Assembly: GCA_038087875.1 (NCBI GenBank)
Contig: CM075977.1
Span: 121,892,001 to 121,956,000, forward strand
Length of the DNA stretch: 64,000 nucleotides
Source: Malacoraja senta
Taxonomy: Eukaryota
Direction of reading: 5' to 3'
Part shown: in pieces, positions 49,545 to 63,419 of the stretch
How positions within the stretch are numbered: the first letter of the stretch is position 1
Layout: each line of letters opens with the position of its first letter
The notes under the pieces: generated by a model
What the model saw: only the letters and a program-made list of their open reading frames with translations
Database searches by the model: none
What the model was told of the DNA's origin: nothing
Program-made: the position numbers and the translations under genes

Positions 49545-50205
49545 GTTTAAGAAGGAACTGCAGATGCTGGAAAATCGAAGGTAGACAAAAATGCTGGAGA
49601 AACTCAGCGGGTGAGGCAGCATCTATGGAGCGAAGGAAATAGGCAACGTTTCGGGCCAAAACCCTTCTTCAGACTGATGTGAGGGTGGGGGGGGGGGGGG
49701 GGGGGAAGAAGAAAGGAAGAGGAGGAGCCAGAGGGCTAGAGGGAGAGCTGAGAAGGGGAGGAGACAGTAAGGACTACCTAAAATTAGAGAAGTCAATGTT
49801 CATACCGCTGGGGTACAAACTGCCCAAGCGAAATATGAGGTGCTGCTCCTCCAATTTCCGATGGTCCTCACTCTGACCATGGAGAAGACAGAAAGGTCGG
49901 ATACAGAATGGGAGGGGGAGTTGAAGTGCTAAGCCACCGGGAGATCAGGTTGGTTATTGCGAACCGAGCGGAGGTGTTCGGCGAAGCGATCGCCAAGCCT
50001 ACGATAATAGCTTTCTTTGTGAAGTACAGAAAGCTTTAATAAACCTAGCTATAAACCTATCAATAGCATCCAAACTGAAACATAGTCTGAAGAAAGGTCT
50101 CGACCCAAACTGTTGCCTGTCCATTCCCTCTGCTGATGCTGTCTGACCCCATGTGTTACTCCAGCACTTTGTGTTTTGCTCAGCATTCCAGCATCTGCAG
50201 TTCCG
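49545..50205. mobile_element. PLE 3' fragment (minus, 49545-50000) plus opposite terminal unit (50083-50205)
   Basis: Minus strand encodes LGDRFAEHLRSVRNNQPDLPVA; hammerhead motifs at about 49643-49674 and 50085-50116. Confidence 0.85.
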
Positions 50206-51429
50206 TATTGCTACATAGCAAAGGTGTTTTTCCAATCTACATGGAGCAGAAGAACAGAGGGAGTGCATTGACAATAGAGTGGAAGAGAAGCTGTAGCTGT
50301 AATTTAAGGGAGCCATATGATGAAATGATGTGCGATACTGCCAGTAAATTCTTATTGCATTCACTTGAAATTATTTACATATATTACACTCTTTCCTGGA
50401 GATATAAATCGAATGATTGAGCTTGAATCTGATTGGTATGACACAGGCTGTTGATAGATATGGCCTGTGTGATTAAGTTGTTACTTCTCTATGGCAAATG
50501 ACTACGACCAAAAGACAAAAGCTGATTATGTCATGTCGTCTCCCTAATAATTTCAATCAAATGTCCTGTGCAAAATTTGTGATTTAAGAAGAGTGAGACA
50601 TGAGGTTACATGATAGAAGCGGATTTAAAACTTATTTAAAATTTGAAGCATAATATTCTCCACTAAAATGAATGACTGAAGCTTTCAACGAATTAGACTC
50701 AACATACAAATTGTGTATATAACCACAGCCAAGAAAAACTTGGCTATCTGAAATGTTTGTCTTAGATTGTTTCAACTTCTGCTGCCATCTCAGTGAAAAG
50801 TTGACTGAACCCCTAATAAACAGCTGTTCAACCTACGTCTCTGGAGAGAACGTAAAACAATTTGAACTAATCATGATGCCCCGTAATCACATTGCAAATA
50901 CACGTGGCCAACATTGGATGACATTATTGTGAAAAATAGATTTCTCATAAGCAGAAATTTCTCATATCATTACAGAAATTTACCACCAACCCCTCCTCAC
51001 CTTATCATCACCAATATAACCATGATTCAAGCACAGAAACACAATCAAGTCACATCAAGTTGAGTTTATAGTAATATGCACCATAACGATGGCATATAGG
51101 TACAATAATAATCTTACTAGTTGCAGCAGCACAAGCACATTCACTCAGACAACATACAAAACCTAAAGTATATGTCAATTACAGGTGAATTCTTCAAGAC
51201 ATTGAAAATAAAAAAAAGCTGTCAATAAAAAACAAGACATAAGTGCAAAAATACACAGTTAGAAAACCAAACTCACAGTAATGCAAATGGAGGTCCATAG
51301 TATTAGGGTTGGGCAGATTGGTTCAAGAACCAGATTGTTACAGAAAGGTAGCTGTTCCTGAACCTAGTGGTTTGGGACTTCAGACATCTGTACCTCCTAC
51401 CCGACGATAGCAGTGTTAAAGGCCTAAAA

Positions 51430-52030
51430 TGGTTCAATGGACCTTTATTATCACATGTATCAAGGTTCAGTGAAATTTATTTTTGTATACAGATCAGTAA
51501 GATTATTGGCGTACGTAAGTACAATCCCCGATTAAGAATGGAATGCATAGAATCTGCCCACTGAGTCCATATGTAAGAGTCACCAGTTTTGGTGCCATTT
51601 CCAAGGTCCCGGCTGCTGCACGCTATAATGGTCCTGTGCGGTCGTTGCCTCCATCTGGATAGTCCTGTGGACCGTCATCGCTCTCCTCGCCCGGCCACCT
51701 TCAGATTCCAGGGGCGCCTCCCACAGTCACCCCTGAGGGCAAGGAAGGCAAGATCCCAGTTCTTCTTCCCGGCCCTTTATACTAGCAACCGGCATCATTG
51801 CCATCTCCCTCCAGCCTCCACTCCGGTTCCCGGTTATTGGGGGAGGTAGGAGCCGGGTTCGGCAACGTCCAATGCCAGGCAGATTCCCGGTTTCGCAGCA
51901 TGCGTCGAGAGCTCTTCTGCCTTCCCAGGATAGTGGGAATCCTTGATGATAGATGCCGCTTTCTTGATGCAGCAACTCACGTAGATGTTTTCAATGGAGG
52001 ACTCCACCACTCTGTAGCCTCTTGCCTTCC
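51430..52030 (-). mobile_element. Rex-tailed non-autonomous element and adjacent Rex fragment
   Basis: tttattatcacatgtatcaaggttcagtgaaa tail, GC-rich body; KKAASIIKDSHYPG remnant. Confidence 0.5.
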
Positions 52031-52365
52031 TCAAAGTGTTCGTTCTTTGGTTTGGTTAACTGCACACTTGGAAGTAAAACTAGATGGAAATTAGCTATGA
52101 AGACACAAAGTGCTGGAGTAACTCAGCAGATCAGGAGGTATCTCTGGAGAACATGGAGATGTGACATTTCAGGTCAGGACCCTTCTTCTCTCTAGAAATT
52201 AGCTATGATAGCCAACATCATGTTGACGAAAGAATTCTGAAGAGGATGGAAAAGTTGATTTGAATGCAACAATCATAATATAGGCAGGAAATGGTGAAAA
52301 CATTCAGCTGATCTGGCAGCATCCATGATGAATGTTTCAAATTAATGAAATTGCATTTGAATTAC

Positions 52366-52850
52366 TTTATTACCATCACTCTCTGCCCCCCTCCTTCTCC
52401 GCCCCCTCCCTCTCTGAACACCCTCCCTCTGTACCACCCCCCTCCCTCTCTACCACTACTCCCTCTCTACCCCCCTCCCTCTCAAGGGAGTGGTGAGTAT
52501 TGGGACCTATGGGTGAGTGGAGGAATATTGCCTTCGGGGACCAGCCCTCCCCAATGACGCCGCGTGCCCCCCATCCCCCTCAATCTCTACCCCCCCTCCC
52601 TCTCCTCCTTTACCCTCTCTCTATCCTCCCTCTCTACCCCCCTCACCCTCTCCCTCTCTACCCCCTCCCCCTCCCTCTCTACCCCCTTCCCTCTCCCTCT
52701 CTAGCCGCGCCTGCGCAGTTGGGGGCTATGCATGAGTGGATAGGGCGGGGGATGGGGGAAAAGGAGCGAATGAAAAATATTGAAATTATATCAAGGGGGG
52801 GGGGTTTGTGTGTGTGTGTGGGGGGAGGGGGGGTGGTTAGTGTGCGTGTA
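52366..52850 (+). mobile_element. Helitron-related fragment with C/T-rich low-complexity tracts
   Basis: ggaatattgccttcggggaccagccctccc matches the reverse complement of 42677-42706. Confidence 0.5.
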
Positions 52851-53839
52851 TTTTTCTCTGGGAATGCTACCTCACCCGCCAAGTTGCTCCAGCCCTTTGT
52901 GTATATCTTTGGACATTAGTAATGGTTATGTGTAAAAATACTTTTCCTGTTCAGATCTTCTGCAAGCTACCTTCATTTCATGTGCCAGTGTTCCAGATCC
53001 TTCAACATTAGCAGCAGCTTCTCTATACTGGCTCTACTTAACCCATATATGACATTTTCCTTGATCTCCAACCCCTTTGATCTCTCATTCTCACACCTTA
53101 CACTTCCTTATCTCCGTATCACCCCCTCCCCTGAATCTCAGTCTGAAGAAGTGTCTCGACCTGAAACATCACCCATTCCTCTCTCCAGTGATGGTGCCTG
53201 TCCCACTGATTTACTCCAGCATTTTGTGTTGGTTTAAACCAGTATCTGCAGTTCCTTCCTACACATGAATACAATCAAGCCATCCACAGGATACCGATAC
53301 AGGACAAAGGGAATAACATTTAGTGCAAGATCAAGTTCAGTAAAGTTCTATTGAAGATAGTCCAAGGGTCTCCAATGAGGTATATGGTAGCTCAGGACAG
53401 CTCTCTAGTTGGTGATAGGATGGTTCAGTTGCCTGATGACAACTGGGAAGATATTGGCCCTGAATCCAGAGGTGTGCATTTTCACATTTCTGTACCTTTT
53501 TGCCTGATGGGAGAGGGGAGAAGAGGTAGTGTCTGGGGTGAGACTCGTCATTGATTATTCTGGTGGCCTTGCCGAGGTAGCATGAACGCCATCATAGCGG
53601 AAGGGATTGAGGGATGATCCGATAGCAGTAAATGAAATAAATGTTCTAGATAGGGTAGATAGTTAGAAATATTTTCCCATGGTAGTGTTTCAAAAATAAA
53701 AGGGCAAGAAGTTTGAGATGAGAGGAAAAAGTTTTAAAGGGGATTTGAGGGGTACGTTTTTTTTGCAGAGAAAGTGATTGACATCTGGAACTCATTGCCA
53801 GGGGAAGTGGTAGAATCATTTGCCATCATTACAGTTGGC

Positions 53840-54145
53840 ACGGCATGGTGGCGCAATGGTAGGGTTGCTGCCTTACAGTGCCAGAGACCTGCGTTCAATC
53901 CTACCGGTGCTGTCTGTTCGGAGTTAGTATGTTCGCCCCATGACCACGTGCGTTTTCGCCAGGTGCTCCGGTTTCCTCCCACACTCCAAAGACATACAGG
54001 TTTGTGGGTTAATTGGCTTTGGTAAAGATTGTAAATTGTCCCTAGTGTGTAGGATAGCGCTAGTGTACGGAGATTGGCGGTCTGCGCGAACTCGGTGGGC
54101 CGAAGGGCCTATTTACGTGCTGCATCTTTAAACTAAACTAAAGCT
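53840..54145 (+). mobile_element. HE1-like SINE inserted in a CR1 remnant
   Basis: tggcgcaatggtag A box, gttcaatcc B box, V-core, ctaaactaaa tail. Confidence 0.85.
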
Positions 54146-55822
54146 AAGAGTCATATTACTGAGCACTTGAAGAGGCAATGCCTGGAAGAAAATAAGCCTA
54201 ATGTGGGGAAATGGGATTAGTTGACATCAGCAAAGAGGTCAGCATTGACATGATGGGCCAAAGGGTCCATTTCTGTGACTCTATACCAATCCATTTTGTG
54301 TAGTCATGCGGACATGTGTGAAGATTTGGTCTGTTTGTTCGAGAAGTATAATTGCAATCTGAGTACCTCTATTGGCCTGAGGAAATTCCTCCCACCATAT
54401 CTCCAAATCAAATTGAAGAGACTGAAACAGCTTTGATGCATGTTAGAAAGAACAATAAACTAATCCCTAAATGTTATTTGAGAGATCCCACAGTAAAATA
54501 TGTCAGGCCATTATGCAGAATTAACTCTTCATCTGAAGTTAATGAAGAGATGCTCGAGCTGAGCATGATCCTTCCAACTCTACTTCAATTTATTGATTTC
54601 TTTTGTTAAACTGTCTCCATTACACCAATTGCTCTGAACTATTCAAAGGCAGAGAGGTAAATCTTCATTGTTCTGCATCACTGGGGAAGCAGATCATCTA
54701 CCCATTATAGAACCTGTCCTATCTCCATTTCATTGATGTCAGCAGGATGGAAATTGGCCAGTGTCTGCAGCAGTTGACTCCCCTACTTTAATAGGTTATT
54801 GCCCAGAAGATAAGGATATAAATAAAACCAAAATTTATGTTTTAGGCATTGATTACTTAATTTCTTCTGAAGGAGAAAAGTAATACATTATATGAGTTTA
54901 GTTTCCTGGAAATATTTTCCCTCACATTTTTCAAACATATGGGCTCAACAAACTGTCTCTTCCATTCCCATCCATCATTATTTTCCTGTGTAAATGCAGA
55001 CACTGTAGCATTACACTGATACAATATATTTGTTGTCATTTGAACCTCATTGTGGTTCAAACAAAATTTGGTTTCTGCAGTCATTTGGTTTCTGCAGTCA
55101 TACAAACAGTCATACAACACAATTTACACAAACATCCATCACAGCGAATCTCCTCCTCGCTGTGATGGAAGGCAAAGTCTTATCTCTCCCCTGCACTCCC
55201 CATTCTCCTCCCGATGTCAGAGTCAGAGCCCCCGGCGGGCGATGGAAAATAATATATATGAGGATGAAAAAAATGTGAGCTTAAACTTGATATTGCTTTG
55301 AAGTACAGAATTATAATATCAAGAACTGTGTTTCTTGGTGGCTATTAGTACATCTGCCAAGAGCAGTAATATCGATATCAAAGCATCTAACTTCCTGAGG
55401 AGAGCAACGGAGTGTCATTCAGGTTTGTGGATGCTGGAAATGTCCATATAAATTTTGATATTGTTGGTCCTGTACTTTATGTTATGGTGCAGATAATGGC
55501 GCTAATAATGATGAGGCCCGCATGTGTAGTATAAGCAAATTGAATTTCACTGTATAGCTACCACACCAACATCATCTTAATCTAGTTGCAAAGCAGATCA
55601 AGACAATTGGAGCCCAAGTCCTGCTGTGTGGGTATTAATGGTCATATATTGATGGGCAAGCTTGTAGGTACCACCCAACATGTGTACAATTGCTCACACA
55701 CGTGTGTGAGAACCCACTTCTGGGCTTCGTCACAGCAGTCCTCGACCACAGCTTACTCCCCTTCCCTTGCTCACTCACTCTCCCATCCATAGTTGAGCTA
55801 AGGCTCTGCTTTGATAATTACT

Positions 55823-56020
55823 TTAGTTTTAGTTTTTTAGTTTTTGGTTTTAGTGATACAGAGTGGAAACGAGCCCTACGGCCCACTGAGTCCGCACCGA
55901 CCAGCGATCCCCGCACATTAACACTACCCTACACACCTGTAAGTGTTTGGGGTGTAGGACGAAACCGAAGATCTCGAGAAAACCCACGCAGTCATGGGGA
56001 GAATGAACAAACTCCGTATG
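55823..56020 (-). mobile_element. HE1-like SINE fragment
   Basis: Similar to 49243-49512. Confidence 0.75.
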
Positions 56021-56469
56021 AGGCAAAGTAAATGATGGGATAGCCATCCGAATAGGACTTGCCAGAGAAATAAATGCCAAGCACTGCTTATTTGTTTCTT
56101 ATAATCAGCATTACATTTTATGATGACAAAATAAGTCAGCTATGGTGAACTGTGAGCAGTCAACTGTGAACCGAGAAGACTGTGTACCACTTCAAGGAGA
56201 TATAGATAAATGGTGAAGTGGTCACAGAGATGGCAGATGAAATTTAATGGTAGGAAATGTGAAATGTTACATATTGGTAGGGAAATTGAAAAGAGGCAAT
56301 GTAAACAAGAAAGCACAATTTTAAAAGATGAAACAAAACATTGCTATCTAGGATGGAGATCTAAGTGCATTGTTCATTGAAAGTGACAAGACAGTTTGAG
56401 GAACTGGTTATGAAAACTTGTTCATCATAACTGTAGGAGTGTTGTGTCCAGTTCTAGGAAAGATAGAAT

Positions 56470-57020
56470 TATAGAATCATAGAGTCATAGTCATACAGAA
56501 TGGAAAAATGTCCTTCGGCCCAACTCATCCACGATGACCATGATTCCCCATCCAAGTTTGTCCCATTTGCCCATGTATTCATCTTTCCTATCCATGTACC
56601 TGTCCAAATGTTTTTTAGAAGTTCTTATTGTACCTGTCTCAACTCGTGCCATGCACCCACCACTCTCTATGTGCAAATGTTGCCCCCCAGGTTCCTATTA
56701 AATATGTCCCCTCTCCTCTTAAACCTATGCCCAATAGTTCTTGATTACCCAACCCTGGGGGAAAAATAGTGTATTTACCCTATCTATCCTTCTCATGATT
56801 TTATACACCTCAATAAGACCAGCCCTCAGCCTGCTGTGCTATAAGGAACAATGCCCTAGCCTGCCCAACATTTTCCATAGCTCAGGGCCTTGAATCCCAG
56901 CAACATGCTCAAATATTCTCTGCACGCTTTTCAGCAGAATGGCATCTTTCTGGAAGCAGGGTGACCATAACGGCACACAATACTCCAAGTGTGCCTTGTA
57001 CACTTGTAATATAACATCCC
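56470..57020 (-). mobile_element. CR1 LINE 3' fragment
   Basis: (atagaatc)n-type tail and RT C-terminal remnant. Confidence 0.75.
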
Positions 57021-57207
57021 AGGGTCTATGGGTGATTGATTCTTCAGTAAGTGTCTACTTTGAAGTTTCTGGAAACCCGATTATGAAACTTAAATTTTTA
57101 CAACTTTGAATGTTGTTTCACATAGATGAACATCTATACTATGGGAACAATATGTTTGGCGCAATCTTTTAGAGAATTTAATTCATTTTTTCCTCTACTT
57201 TTTCCAG

Positions 57208-57623
57208 GGTGCCCATTGCATTGTCATATCCGTCGCATTTTAATGATGAACAACACTGTAAAATATAACTGATTTAAGAATATAAAATCAAATTTTTGTC
57301 GCAGACAAAATTTTGTCACAGTATCTTCCTCAAATAAACCACCAAAAATTTACTGTTGAAAAAAGTGGTGATTTTCAGCAAGAATGGTAACCGACACATA
57401 ACTTTGCACCAACTTCCTCTAAAACAATATTAACTTCAGATGAATAGGCTGAAGCATACTGTTCATTCATCAATTACAATTAATAATTATGGTCATTGTT
57501 ATATTATTTTACACATTATGAGCATAAAATGCTCATGCGACGGATATGACGCAGCATGATGGCGATGATCAATCAAGGCATCTCCATCGCGCTGCGTCAT
57601 ATCCGTCACGTGACGGAGATGCC
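57208..57623. mobile_element. MITE-like inverted repeat element plus adjacent 47-bp palindromic derivative
   Basis: gtcatatccgtcgcat (about 57223) inverted at about 57535-57550; ggcatctcc...ggagatgcc at 57577-57623 reuses the same motif. Confidence 0.55.
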
Positions 57624-57761
57624 TAAAACTATCTTAAGGCTCCAACAGTTGCTAAAGGTTGAGAACAGGAAGCAACATAATGAACAGGGATTAGTGTTTC
57701 CTTTATACTCGTGTTTCATTCATTTGTATCAATTTATTCATGTGCAAATACAAGGCAGCTA

Positions 57762-58508
57762 CTGGGGCTGGGGCTCTGGATCTGGGGCTGGGGCTCTGGA
57801 TCTGGGGCTGGGGCTCTGGATCTGGGGCTCTGAATCTGGGGATGTGGATCTGGGGCTGGGGCTAGGGCTCTGGATCTGGATCTGGGGCTGGGGCTCTGGA
57901 TCTTGGGCTGGGGCTCTGGATCTTGGGCCGGGGCTCTGGATCTGGATCTGGGAATGTGGATCTGGGGCTTGGGCTCTGGATCTGGGGCTGGATCTGGGGC
58001 TAGGGCTCTGGATCTAGGGCTCGGGATCTGGGGCTGGAGATCTGGATCTGGGGCTGGGGATCTGGGGCCAGGGCTGGGGATCTGGATCTGGATCTGGGGC
58101 TGGGGGTCTGAGGATCTGGATCTGGGGATCTGGGGGCTGGGGGCTGGGGATGTGGATCTGGGGCCGGGAATGTGGATCTGGGGCTGGGGATCTGGGGCTG
58201 GGGCTAGGGATCTGGGGATGTGGATCTGGGGCTGGGGGTCTGGGGATCTGGGACTGGGGGTCTGGGGATCTGGGGATGTGGATCTGGGGCTGGGGGTCTG
58301 GGGCTGGGGATCTGGGGCTGGGATCTGGATCTGGGGATCTGGGTCTGGGGCTGGGGATGAGGATCTGGGGCTGGGGGTCTGGGGCTGGGGGTCTGAGAGC
58401 TAGGAGCTGGGGGCTGGGGGCTAGGAGCTGGGAGTTGGGAGCTGGGGGCTGAGGGCTGGAGGCTGGGGGCTGGGAGCTGGGAGCTGGGAGCTGGGAGCTG
58501 GGAGCTGG
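57762..58508 (+). repeat. G-rich hexamer/heptamer satellite (CTGGGG / CTGGAT / CTGGGAG)
   Basis: Direct inspection; the array runs into the gap. Confidence 0.95.
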
Positions 58509-58708
58509 NNNNNNNNNNNNNNNNNNNNNNNNNNNNNNNNNNNNNNNNNNNNNNNNNNNNNNNNNNNNNNNNNNNNNNNNNNNNNNNNNNNNNNNNNNNN
58601 NNNNNNNNNNNNNNNNNNNNNNNNNNNNNNNNNNNNNNNNNNNNNNNNNNNNNNNNNNNNNNNNNNNNNNNNNNNNNNNNNNNNNNNNNNNNNNNNNNNN
58701 NNNNNNNN
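58509..58708. other. Assembly gap
   Basis: N run. Confidence 1.
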
Positions 58709-59946
58709 ATAAAAATACTCAAAGTACATTTTATCAGACATGGTAATTCTACAATATTACTAGTTCTTCAAAGATTCACCTTCACAACTTTTAGTCCCCC
58801 AAAACATTTACTGGCATCAAATCCAAGGCATTATTTTGATATTTCAAAATGACAGTTAAGGCAGTCAAGAATTTGTTGCCAGCAGCAAATCAGAAGAAAT
58901 TTATGAGGATGTTGCTGGGGCTGGGATATTGTAGTGAAAAGAGAAGCCAGTGTTGTTTACTTTGGCTGAGAGTGGCTTAATGAGATGTATAGATGACAGA
59001 ATAAGGACCAAGTTGCCTTAGCTGTGAGCAAAGATCCTATAGCGAGCAAGATAGTCCACTCCTGCTAAATCCAATGCGCTTACGTGTAGTACGCAACGGA
59101 GCGGAACGTGGGTCATTTCTTCGGCCATTTCAGTAATCCCGACCCGACTTTGGTTATCCCTCTGTGTAATCACGCATTGTAATCAGCGTTGTGGGGGAAC
59201 AGTTTGTGTTAATAAATTCTGTTAATTTTCTTTTTTTTAAGGTTTTTTAAACTTAAAAAAAAAATGTTTTTAAAAATATATATTTTTAAATGGCTCATGT
59301 ACTGTGTTTGAGTTGATGTTTGTATTAAACTTGCACTCTGTAATTCATCTAACACTGTTCACAACTGCAGTATTTGGTAAAATAATAGCAATATGAAGAT
59401 TCCAGTTGCTCTACTCTTGGAATGTTCCTTAATGTTTTTTTGTGTCTATGGATTTGCTTTTCAACAATAAAATAAAATGGGTCTGGTATTCCCAATAGCC
59501 AGAGAGTGGATGAGATCTGTCTGTAATGGTGGGGTAATCTAAATGAAGTATTTTACAAAATAAAATTTGTTTTGAGCAAGATTAACAAATGATGTATAAC
59601 TTAAGGATGATTTATTCAGCGACCATACAACTGATTAGATTGTGTAGGAAAGAACACACATACACACATATATGAATGTGATATAGATGTATATAATCAT
59701 ATAACACACACATATATATTTCTCCAGATTTTTGTATACAATGATAAACTTTATTTCGGACTCAAGGCCCAGACAAGGGACAACATTACATAAAAATACA
59801 TTGCAAACCTCCCTGCAACTTTACCCTGGCGTCCCAGCCATGCTGATCCGGGCCAGACATCCCACACACTGTGGAAGGAACATAGGCATCTTTTTGCTTT
59901 TTATTGTGAGGCAGAGAGGCAGAAAGAAAATGAGGAGAAGAAAATG

Positions 59947-60389
59947 AGGTGAGACCAAGCGTAGGCTTGGCGATCGTTTCGCCGAACACCTCCGCTCAGT
60001 CTGCATTAACCAACTTGATCTCCCTGTGGCTCAGCACTTCAACTCCCCCTCCCATTCCGAATCCGACCTTTCTGTCCTGGGCCTCCTCCATGGCCAGAGT
60101 GAGCACCACCGGAAACTGGAGGAGCAGCACCTCATATTCTGCTTGCGCAGTCTGCATCCTGGTGCCCTGAACATTGACTTCTCCAATTTCCGGTAGCACT
60201 TGCTGTCTCCTCCCCTTCTCAGCTCTCCCTCAGCCCTCTGGCTCCTCCTTTTTCTTTCTTCTTCCTGCCCCCCCCCCCCCCCCACCCTGCATCAGTCTGA
60301 AGAAGGGTTTCGGCCCGAAACGTTGCCTATTTCCTTCCCTCCATAGATGCTGCCGTACCCACTGAGTTTCTCCAGCAATTTTGTCTACC
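59947..60389 (+). mobile_element. PLE 3' fragment (GIY-YIG end and pLTR) nested in the DNA transposon
   Basis: GETKRRLGDRFAEHLRSV...RKLEEQHLIFCL. Confidence 0.9.
60294..60327 (+). ncRNA. Minimal type I hammerhead ribozyme (PLE type), intact core
   Basis: CUGAAGA-A-GGGU-UUCG-GCCC-GAAA-CGUU. Confidence 0.75.
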
Positions 60390-60699
60390 CCAGAAGATTT
60401 TTACAAAAGATGTTTGATTTTTACGAAATCACTAGTATCCTTGCTCCGCTATGGGATCTTTGGTGTGGAGACGGAAGCAGGTTACAGAAATGGGGGCGAA
60501 GATTACCCATGATTCTGCCCATGACCGTACTACGTCTTTTTCGTTGAGTGGACTATCTTGCTCGCTATAGGATCTTTGGCTGTGCGGCTAAGGATTTAAA
60601 GTAATTGGTACAGGAGGAGCAAAATTCCTTTACTGGAGATACAATGGGTTTAGGAACTCATTGTCTGAAGCTGCCCCTTCATTAGATGTAAAGAGTATT

Positions 60700-61345
60700 T
60701 AGAGGCATAGAGTCATAGAGTGGTACAGTGTTGAAACAGGCCCTTCGGCCCAACTTACCCACACCGGCCAACATGTCCCAGCTATACTAGTCCCACCTTG
60801 CCGCATTTGGTCCATATCCCTCCAAGCCTGTCCTATCCTATCCATATACTTGTCTAACTGGATGGGTGTCTCACCCACCACTCTTTGTGTGAAAAGGTTA
60901 CCCCTCAGATTCCTATTAAATCTTTTCCCCTTCACCTTAAACCCATGGTCCTCAATTTGCCTACTCTGGACAAGAGACTCTGTGCATCTACCCGATCTAT
61001 TCCTCTCATAATTTTATAAGATCACCCCTCATCCTCCTGCACTCCAAGGAAGTCCTAGCCCACTCAACCTTTTCCCTTTAGCTCAGACCCTCTAATCCTG
61101 GCAACATCCTCGTAAATCTTCTCTGTACCCCGTATACAACTGCAACATAACTTCCCAACTTCTATACTGAAAACTCTGAATGATGAAGGCCAATGTGGCA
61201 AAAGCCTTTTTGACCACCCTATCTACCTGCGACTCCACCTTCAAGAACTATGTACCTGCACTCCTAGATACCTCTGCTTTATAACCCTCCCCAGAGCCCT
61301 ACCATTCACTGTGTAGGTCCTGCCTACATTAGACTTCCCAAATCG
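60700..61345 (-). mobile_element. CR1 LINE 3' portion
   Basis: KGKRFNRNLRGNLFTQRVVG remnant; (catagagt)n tail. Confidence 0.85.
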
Positions 61346-63419
61346 CTTAAGCAAGGAAGAATCATACAATAGAGCTGTGACTCACAGGGCTATAGATCTA
61401 CTGCTGCAAGATGAGGTTACTATGGGTGACTCTCTCTTTAGGGGCATAGATAGGATGAGCTGAAATCCTTCATTTGCGCTATAATGTTCTGGGATATTTT
61501 CTTCAAATAGCACATTCCGGAGACAACCAGAGAGCAGAACACTGGACTGTGCAGATTCAGAATGTTTGAGAAATGTGATATTGAACAATGAGGACTAAAA
61601 GGTTTCCATATCCATTTTCATCTTGAACTGAAGCAATGAATTTCATCTTAGGTGAAACAGAGTTTCCACAGCTGGCCTCAGTAACACGAGTTATGGTAAC
61701 TGTAGAGTAACACTAGAGTATAGTGTTATGCCTTACACTTGCTATCCATTGATAAACATTTGAAACTGATGTTATACTTTGGGCTTTATCACAGCACTAT
61801 GCCTAATACTCTGTTCATGGTAAAAAAACACATAAAAACACATAGGCTATCTACTAATGTCTATGCTTTGTATTTGCAGTGAATGGGATGAACAAATACT
61901 GTGTAATCACTATATCAACAGCTGGAGATCATATGGGTAATGAGTATTCACTCCACTGAAGCACAGCAGGTGCTTGTCTTACCCATCATTGGGCATGAAG
62001 CCTGAGTCCTATAATGTGCTTAAGTGCCTGATAGTCTCAGTCAGGCACAGTAGCAGAAAGGGCACCAAGACCTTGCACGTAAATTGTATTTAAGTTCTCA
62101 TTAAGCCGATGGGGAAACAAAATAATTAAGAGCCTTCCCAATAATACAACTGAACCTTGGCAGTGCTCCAGCCTCATTGTGTAAAGTAGTTGCTAATGAG
62201 AGAGCACTCACAATTATGAGTTTCTCAAATGCCATGACTGGAGATAACTTTGCAACCCCTTTCCTTTCTAATTAAGACTTCAATTTTCCTTCAAGCCCAT
62301 CTGGTCTGTAAAATCCAAGTATCAGACAGTACTCTCAACTGACTGTCAATTTTGCCATCCACTCACTGATATATTTTAACTGCGGCTGCTCAACATCAGA
62401 GGTACATTAAACAAGCCGACCTTATGGCATTCTGACAGCTTACTCCTGTTCTGATGCAAGAAACAAAGCAAGTGTGTTCTGCATGGTGCGGTACCTGCAT
62501 TTGTGGACATTTATTAAAAATGCCACACCATCAAGATACTGTGCACAGCTAAAACTAGTTTGCAGAATTCATTTTCGGTGGAATAATATAAGATGGCAGG
62601 AGATATGTCATGACTTGCCAATGATGAATCGCTGAAACATGGAAGGATCATACAATACAGAAACAGACCCTTTGGCCCAATTCGCCCATGCGGAAGCCGA
62701 ACAAGATACCCCACCTACACTATTTCCACCTGCCTGTGTTTAGCCCATATTCCTCTAAACCTTTCCTATCCCTGTACCCATCCAAATATTGTTTAAATGT
62801 TGTTAGTGCCTTTAAAACATTTTTTTTGTTTTATTGATTTTGATTTTTTTGGTCTTTTCTTTAAAAAAGAGACAATGTGGCTCCTTGAACTGTATTCCTC
62901 TATTTAATTACATCACAGCAGGTAGGTTTAGTGGCTGCCTTCTGCCGACTTTGGTGAGCATCCCTGATTTCCACTACCCTTAATATGAAGCTGTGCTTCC
63001 TGATCACATTCCTGCATAGTACCTGCAAATTGTAGGATAATACACTGTTACTTCAGGCTCTCCACGAATGAGGCTCTCATTCAGATGAATGCCTGATAAG
63101 TGCCACTGAACAAGTAGCCTCAGTTTTGAAATTTAAACACTTTAATCCAAACTAATTTAGGATATTACATGAAATTTTACATGAAATACACAGAAATGTT
63201 GTTATTTTGCCTTGGGCTGGAAAAGCCAGGATTGCACTCGGCTGAAGTGTCTACTGTGATTGAATACTTTGGGAGGCTCCGTTTATAGCTGGAAATATAT
63301 AGTTCAAAAGATGCATCAAGGGTTTCAGTGACAGGGGGATTGTAATGCAGTGTGGGGTACTGATAGTGAAATTTGCTGTTGGCAGGAAGACAAAAAGCAA
63401 GATAACATACCAGCAGACA

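Larger units (their letters stand above)
59029..60578. mobile_element. Non-autonomous DNA transposon, P-like (or hAT)
   Basis: Perfect 33-bp TIRs caaagatcctatagcgagcaagatagtccactc; 8-bp TSD gctgtgag / gctgtgcg. Confidence 0.85.

Noticed and set aside
57556-58741. Gly/Trp/Leu-rich and Pro-rich ORFs
   Set aside because: Translations of a G-rich satellite and an N gap.
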